This document shows positions 36,787 to 40,013 of a stretch of 40,013 nucleotides of DNA, one piece after another. The stretch is from Pseudomonadota bacterium (GTDB lineage: Bacteria; Pseudomonadota; Alphaproteobacteria; Micropepsales; Micropepsaceae). Position 1 is the first letter of the stretch; each line of letters begins with the position of its first letter. The DNA lies in assembly GCA_025360685.1 (NCBI GenBank), contig JANYBR010000356.1, positions 1-40,013 on the forward strand, read 5' to 3'. The notes beneath the pieces are model-generated. The model made no database searches, had not been told where the DNA came from, and saw only the letters and a list, made by a program, of their open reading frames with translations. The position numbers and the translations under genes are program-made.

Positions 36787-37742
36787 GAGCGACAGAAGCG
36801 ACACTCGTTTCGATTCTTGGCGTTGCGATCGTGTGTTCGATTGCACTCGTGCCGTCCAGGGTGCACGCACAAGCTTGCCCCGCGAACTCCGAACCCTATT
36901 CGAGCGAAGAGACAGCGACAGGAACGGTCACGCACTGCCAATGCATCAGCGGCTTCGTTTTAAGCGGCGGCAGCTGCGAGCCTCAACCCGCGGCCGCGCC
37001 AAAGCCCGCAACCGGGGGCACAGGTTCGCCCGTTGCATTCTGTACCGCCAAGACCCGCCTCAACGAGGATCGCAACGCGATCGCACGACTCGGATTCGCT
37101 TCGAATGCTGCAAATTTCGAGGACTATGCCACGCAGGCCACGAACTATCGGAATGATTTCGTACTTCAGGCCGCAGACAGCCTCTTTAACGTCCTGTTCG
37201 TCGACAAGGCCGTCGAGTATGCCAAGTCACTCAATCCGATCTCCGTCAACGCGCGAATAGGGGAACTTAGAGCCGCTGCCAACGGCGGCAGCACAGATGC
37301 AATCGAATCCGTCCTGCGTGCCCTAGCGCGCGTGCGCAACAAGCCGGCGATGGCGCCTTATGCTTCCAATGCGATCGGTGAGCTGGCCAACAAGCTGTTC
37401 GAGACGATCAAAGATGCGAAGTTCAACGTTGAGACAAAGCATCGCGAAGACCAGGAAACTCCGCGTATTGTGGGCACGCTGATTCTCGTGGGCAAACTCG
37501 CGACCAAGAATCCGTGGGCAAGTCTGACCATCACGGGAGTCGAGATGGCGCGCACCGCAGCGATGGCCTACGGAATTAGCCAGAACGTCGACAGGCTCGC
37601 TGATCTGAATGACCAGGAAATGAAGCAGCTCGAGATATACCGCAAACGCCTCGACAAGGACTTGACTGCGGTCCGCACGGCGGAGCACGCCTGGCAACAT
37701 GCCACTGGGCAAACCCGCGAGCCCAACTGCAGTCTAGGTTGA
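36783..37742 (+). CDS. Secreted protein with EGF-like Cys motif and helical C-terminal region
   Basis: GTG start overlapping upstream TGA; signal peptide ending VHA-Q; CPANS..CQCISGFVLSGGSC. Confidence 0.7.
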   Translation: MRATEATLVSILGVAIVCSIALVPSRVHAQACPANSEPYSSEETATGTVTHCQCISGFVLSGGSCEPQPAAAPKPATGGTGSPVAFCTAKTRLNEDRNAIARLGFASNAANFEDYATQATNYRNDFVLQAADSLFNVLFVDKAVEYAKSLNPISVNARIGELRAAANGGSTDAIESVLRALARVRNKPAMAPYASNAIGELANKLFETIKDAKFNVETKHREDQETPRIVGTLILVGKLATKNPWASLTITGVEMARTAAMAYGISQNVDRLADLNDQEMKQLEIYRKRLDKDLTAVRTAEHAWQHATGQTREPNCSLG

Positions 37743-37775
37743 TAGGAACCCAAGCCTCCAACGTTGGTCGACCAA

Positions 37776-38591
37776 CTATATGGGCGTCGAATTCACGCTT
37801 GTTACACTGGCAGCAATTTCGCAAACTTCATCGTAGTTCGAGATGGCCTCCCGCTTGGCGACCGCGTTGGGCCTGAGCGGCAGGGTGACACAGTGGACTT
37901 CCTGGCCGATGGCACCGCCGAGCCGGTTGGCTGCTTCTGGACTCAGCACGCCGTCGGCGAAGGCCTGCTCGTATGACAGCGTCACGCGGTGAGGATAGTC
38001 CGAGAGAAATTCATCCGTGAGGGCTTCCGCGCGCACAAACAGTCCGCATAGGCGTTTGACCAGCCGGGTTTCGAGCGGCTTTCCCATCAGTTTGTCAGGA
38101 ACATCCGCGGTGGTGATCCGGCTATGCCAAATTCCTGATTGCATCGCGATGATGTAACTGATGACCTGGTCGGCTAGGTTTTCCCGCTTCAGCTGAATGA
38201 AGGTCGACTGGCTCTCCTTTAAGGCTGTCATCAAAAGCGGCTCGTCGTGCGGGAATTGCCACAACGGCCTAAGGACTCCCCAGGCATTGTGCTTGATGTC
38301 GATCAACGGTTGTTGGCCGTAACTTGAAAACGACAAATGCCGAAGATAGGCGTGCGATATTTCGGAACACTCGGACCAGTCGAGAACCGCAAGCAGGGGA
38401 TCGCGCCAGCGTTCCAGAAAATCCAGAAACGGCAGCGACGTCATGGTCCGGTCGTCGTGAAATATCTCGCCGAAATCCTTCAAGCCGCTGCCGGCGGCAA
38501 GCGCCATTCTCAAGGCGGTGGAACCGCTGCGGGGATTACTCACCACGCAGACGATCGGCGCTTCGCGCCGGTCATGCCCATTAGATGTCAA
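37776..38591 (-). CDS. Sulfotransferase (Stf0/NodH-like)
   Basis: 5'-PSB loop SNPRSGSTAL, GEIFH, 3'-PB LKRENLADQVIS..SGIWH, LSYE. Confidence 0.82.
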   Translation of the reverse strand: MTSNGHDRREAPIVCVVSNPRSGSTALRMALAAGSGLKDFGEIFHDDRTMTSLPFLDFLERWRDPLLAVLDWSECSEISHAYLRHLSFSSYGQQPLIDIKHNAWGVLRPLWQFPHDEPLLMTALKESQSTFIQLKRENLADQVISYIIAMQSGIWHSRITTADVPDKLMGKPLETRLVKRLCGLFVRAEALTDEFLSDYPHRVTLSYEQAFADGVLSPEAANRLGGAIGQEVHCVTLPLRPNAVAKREAISNYDEVCEIAASVTSVNSTPI

Positions 38592-40013
38592 TCACGTCAG
38601 CGAAGGCTTTCGCGCTCCGTTCCAGGCTGAATTTTTCCCGCATCCTTTTTCGCGCCTCATTGCCCAGGCGGCGGCGCAGCGATGGATCCCGCAGCAAAGA
38701 TCTGACGCGCTTGGCAAGATCTTCGGGCGTTCGCACGAGATAGCCCGTCTTTCCATTCACGACTTGCTCCGCAAGGCCGCCGGATTTGAATGCGACGACG
38801 GGTAGTCCCATCGCCATCGCCTCGAGGGACGCGTTCGGGCATCCCTGGCGCTCGCCGGCGAGCACGAACACCTTCCACTGGGCAAGGAACCGGTTCACAT
38901 CACCATATGGTCCGACGAAAAAGACATTCTCCAACGAAAGCTCGCGGGCCTTGCGGCGTAGCTCCATCGCATATTCGGTCGATGACGCATCGGGACCGCC
39001 GACGACGGTCAAGGACGCGCCGGGTATGTCGCGAACGAGGATCGCCATCGCATCGAGCAGCAACTCCACGCGCTTGTAGGGCACGAGCCGCGTGACCGTG
39101 CCGATGGCGAGGTTGGGGTCGACATGCGCAGGCGGCATCTTCTCGGCGGGCGGCAGCGGAATGAATCGCGGCGGAGGCGGCACGCCAAGCGGGATGACCC
39201 TAGCGCGGCGGGGCCTCTGACGCTCGGCGAAGGCGAGCCCTGACTTGTGTAGGGCGATGAAGTTTTCCAATCGCCCGAAATATTGGTTGGATGTGAAAGC
39301 TATTCTCTTCTGGAACTCGGTCGCCGCGTCGATCTCGTCGAACAGCATTGGACCCGGGCTGACGTCACTGAGAACAACGGCCGAGTGATCCAGCACCTTT
39401 GCCAGCAGGAGCTTGAGCTCGGGGGGCGCGTTCCAGAAACAAATGGACCTGTAAGCGTGTCTCGAAACGATTTCGAGAATGTTGCCCGCGATCCTGGACA
39501 CATAACGGGCGGACGGAACCTGAAAGAGGCTGGCACCGCTCTCCCGGATCGTGTCTTCGAGTTCGGGGACGGACGCGCCGTTTAGAACGGCGACGCCGAC
39601 ACGATGCCGGCGTTCGGCCCCCGAGAGCACGCGCGCAAGCGAGACGGCGGGTCCGCCCAAATGGAGTCCGTCAATGACGAACAATGTTCCGCCCGCTGCG
39701 GGATAGCGGGCCTTGCGCAGTTCGAGCGCGACTTTGCAGAGTTCGAGCCACAGACGCGGCACGAGATCGGGTTCGTGCTTACGAGGCGGCAAAGACCGAA
39801 CCTCGCGGATGGAGAATTGCAGGATGCCGGCCGCATAGGCCTCGATGTCTGCCGGGTCGCGCACCAGCACGGCATCGGCCGGACTTATCTCTGCCACCCC
39901 GCCGACCGCGGCAGCCACGAGCGGACATCCGCAACCCAATGCTTCCATGATGGAGATGCTCAAACCTTCATAGATGCTCGTGTTCAGAAAGACGTCGGAC
40001 GCCGCGAAGTATG
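38581..40013 (-). CDS. Multi-domain GT4 glycosyltransferase (5' end outside window)
   Basis: Frame open to the window edge: DVFLNTSIYEGLSISIMEALGCGCP (first GT4 motif); second domain RLVPYKR..QGCPNASLEAMAMGLP. Confidence 0.88.
   Translation of the reverse strand, partial: YFAASDVFLNTSIYEGLSISIMEALGCGCPLVAAAVGGVAEISPADAVLVRDPADIEAYAAGILQFSIREVRSLPPRKHEPDLVPRLWLELCKVALELRKARYPAAGGTLFVIDGLHLGGPAVSLARVLSGAERRHRVGVAVLNGASVPELEDTIRESGASLFQVPSARYVSRIAGNILEIVSRHAYRSICFWNAPPELKLLLAKVLDHSAVVLSDVSPGPMLFDEIDAATEFQKRIAFTSNQYFGRLENFIALHKSGLAFAERQRPRRARVIPLGVPPPPRFIPLPPAEKMPPAHVDPNLAIGTVTRLVPYKRVELLLDAMAILVRDIPGASLTVVGGPDASSTEYAMELRRKARELSLENVFFVGPYGDVNRFLAQWKVFVLAGERQGCPNASLEAMAMGLPVVAFKSGGLAEQVVNGKTGYLVRTPEDLAKRVRSLLRDPSLRRRLGNEARKRMREKFSLERSAKAFADVIDI

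Larger units (their letters stand above)
33652..40013. mobile_element. tRNA-anchored genomic island (left part; continues beyond window)
   Basis: tRNA 3' fragment, IHF site, arm-type repeats and integrase remnant; visibly more A/T-rich sequence and accessory cargo. Confidence 0.8.

Overview
High-GC alphaproteobacterial chromosomal window (gene order and intergenic repeats suggest a Rhizomicrobium/Caulobacter-like lineage; inference). 1-33630 is mostly conserved backbone: petB/petA, an inserted PIN-toxin TA pair, trmL-hemF-TerC, PP2C, cca-DUF6111-NudL-DUF1285, a MoxR-DUF58-BatA/DUF4159-membrane operon, GST, GNAT, two tandem SDRs, a Cle-like CheY/Hpt/motA cluster, an XRE operon, an Lrp-linked lysine-catabolism operon, a CHASE2/small secreted protein/M48 peptidase operon, an alpha/beta hydrolase and a threonine ammonia-lyase. 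Four families of short palindromic repeats lie between genes. At 33652 a 3' half of a tRNA(CAT) marks the att end of a genomic island running past the window end. The island carries a deleted integrase, a truncated PAS gene, an apparently inactive L,D-transpeptidase-like protein coupled to a secreted EGF-like protein, an Stf0-like sulfotransferase and a tandem GT4 glycosyltransferase. Best candidates for undescribed systems: the output-less CHASE2/secreted protein/M48 operon, the island pseudo-transpeptidase/EGF pair, and the VapC antitoxin with an atypical N-terminal domain and repeat operator. All family calls come from motif recognition by eye; no searches were run.
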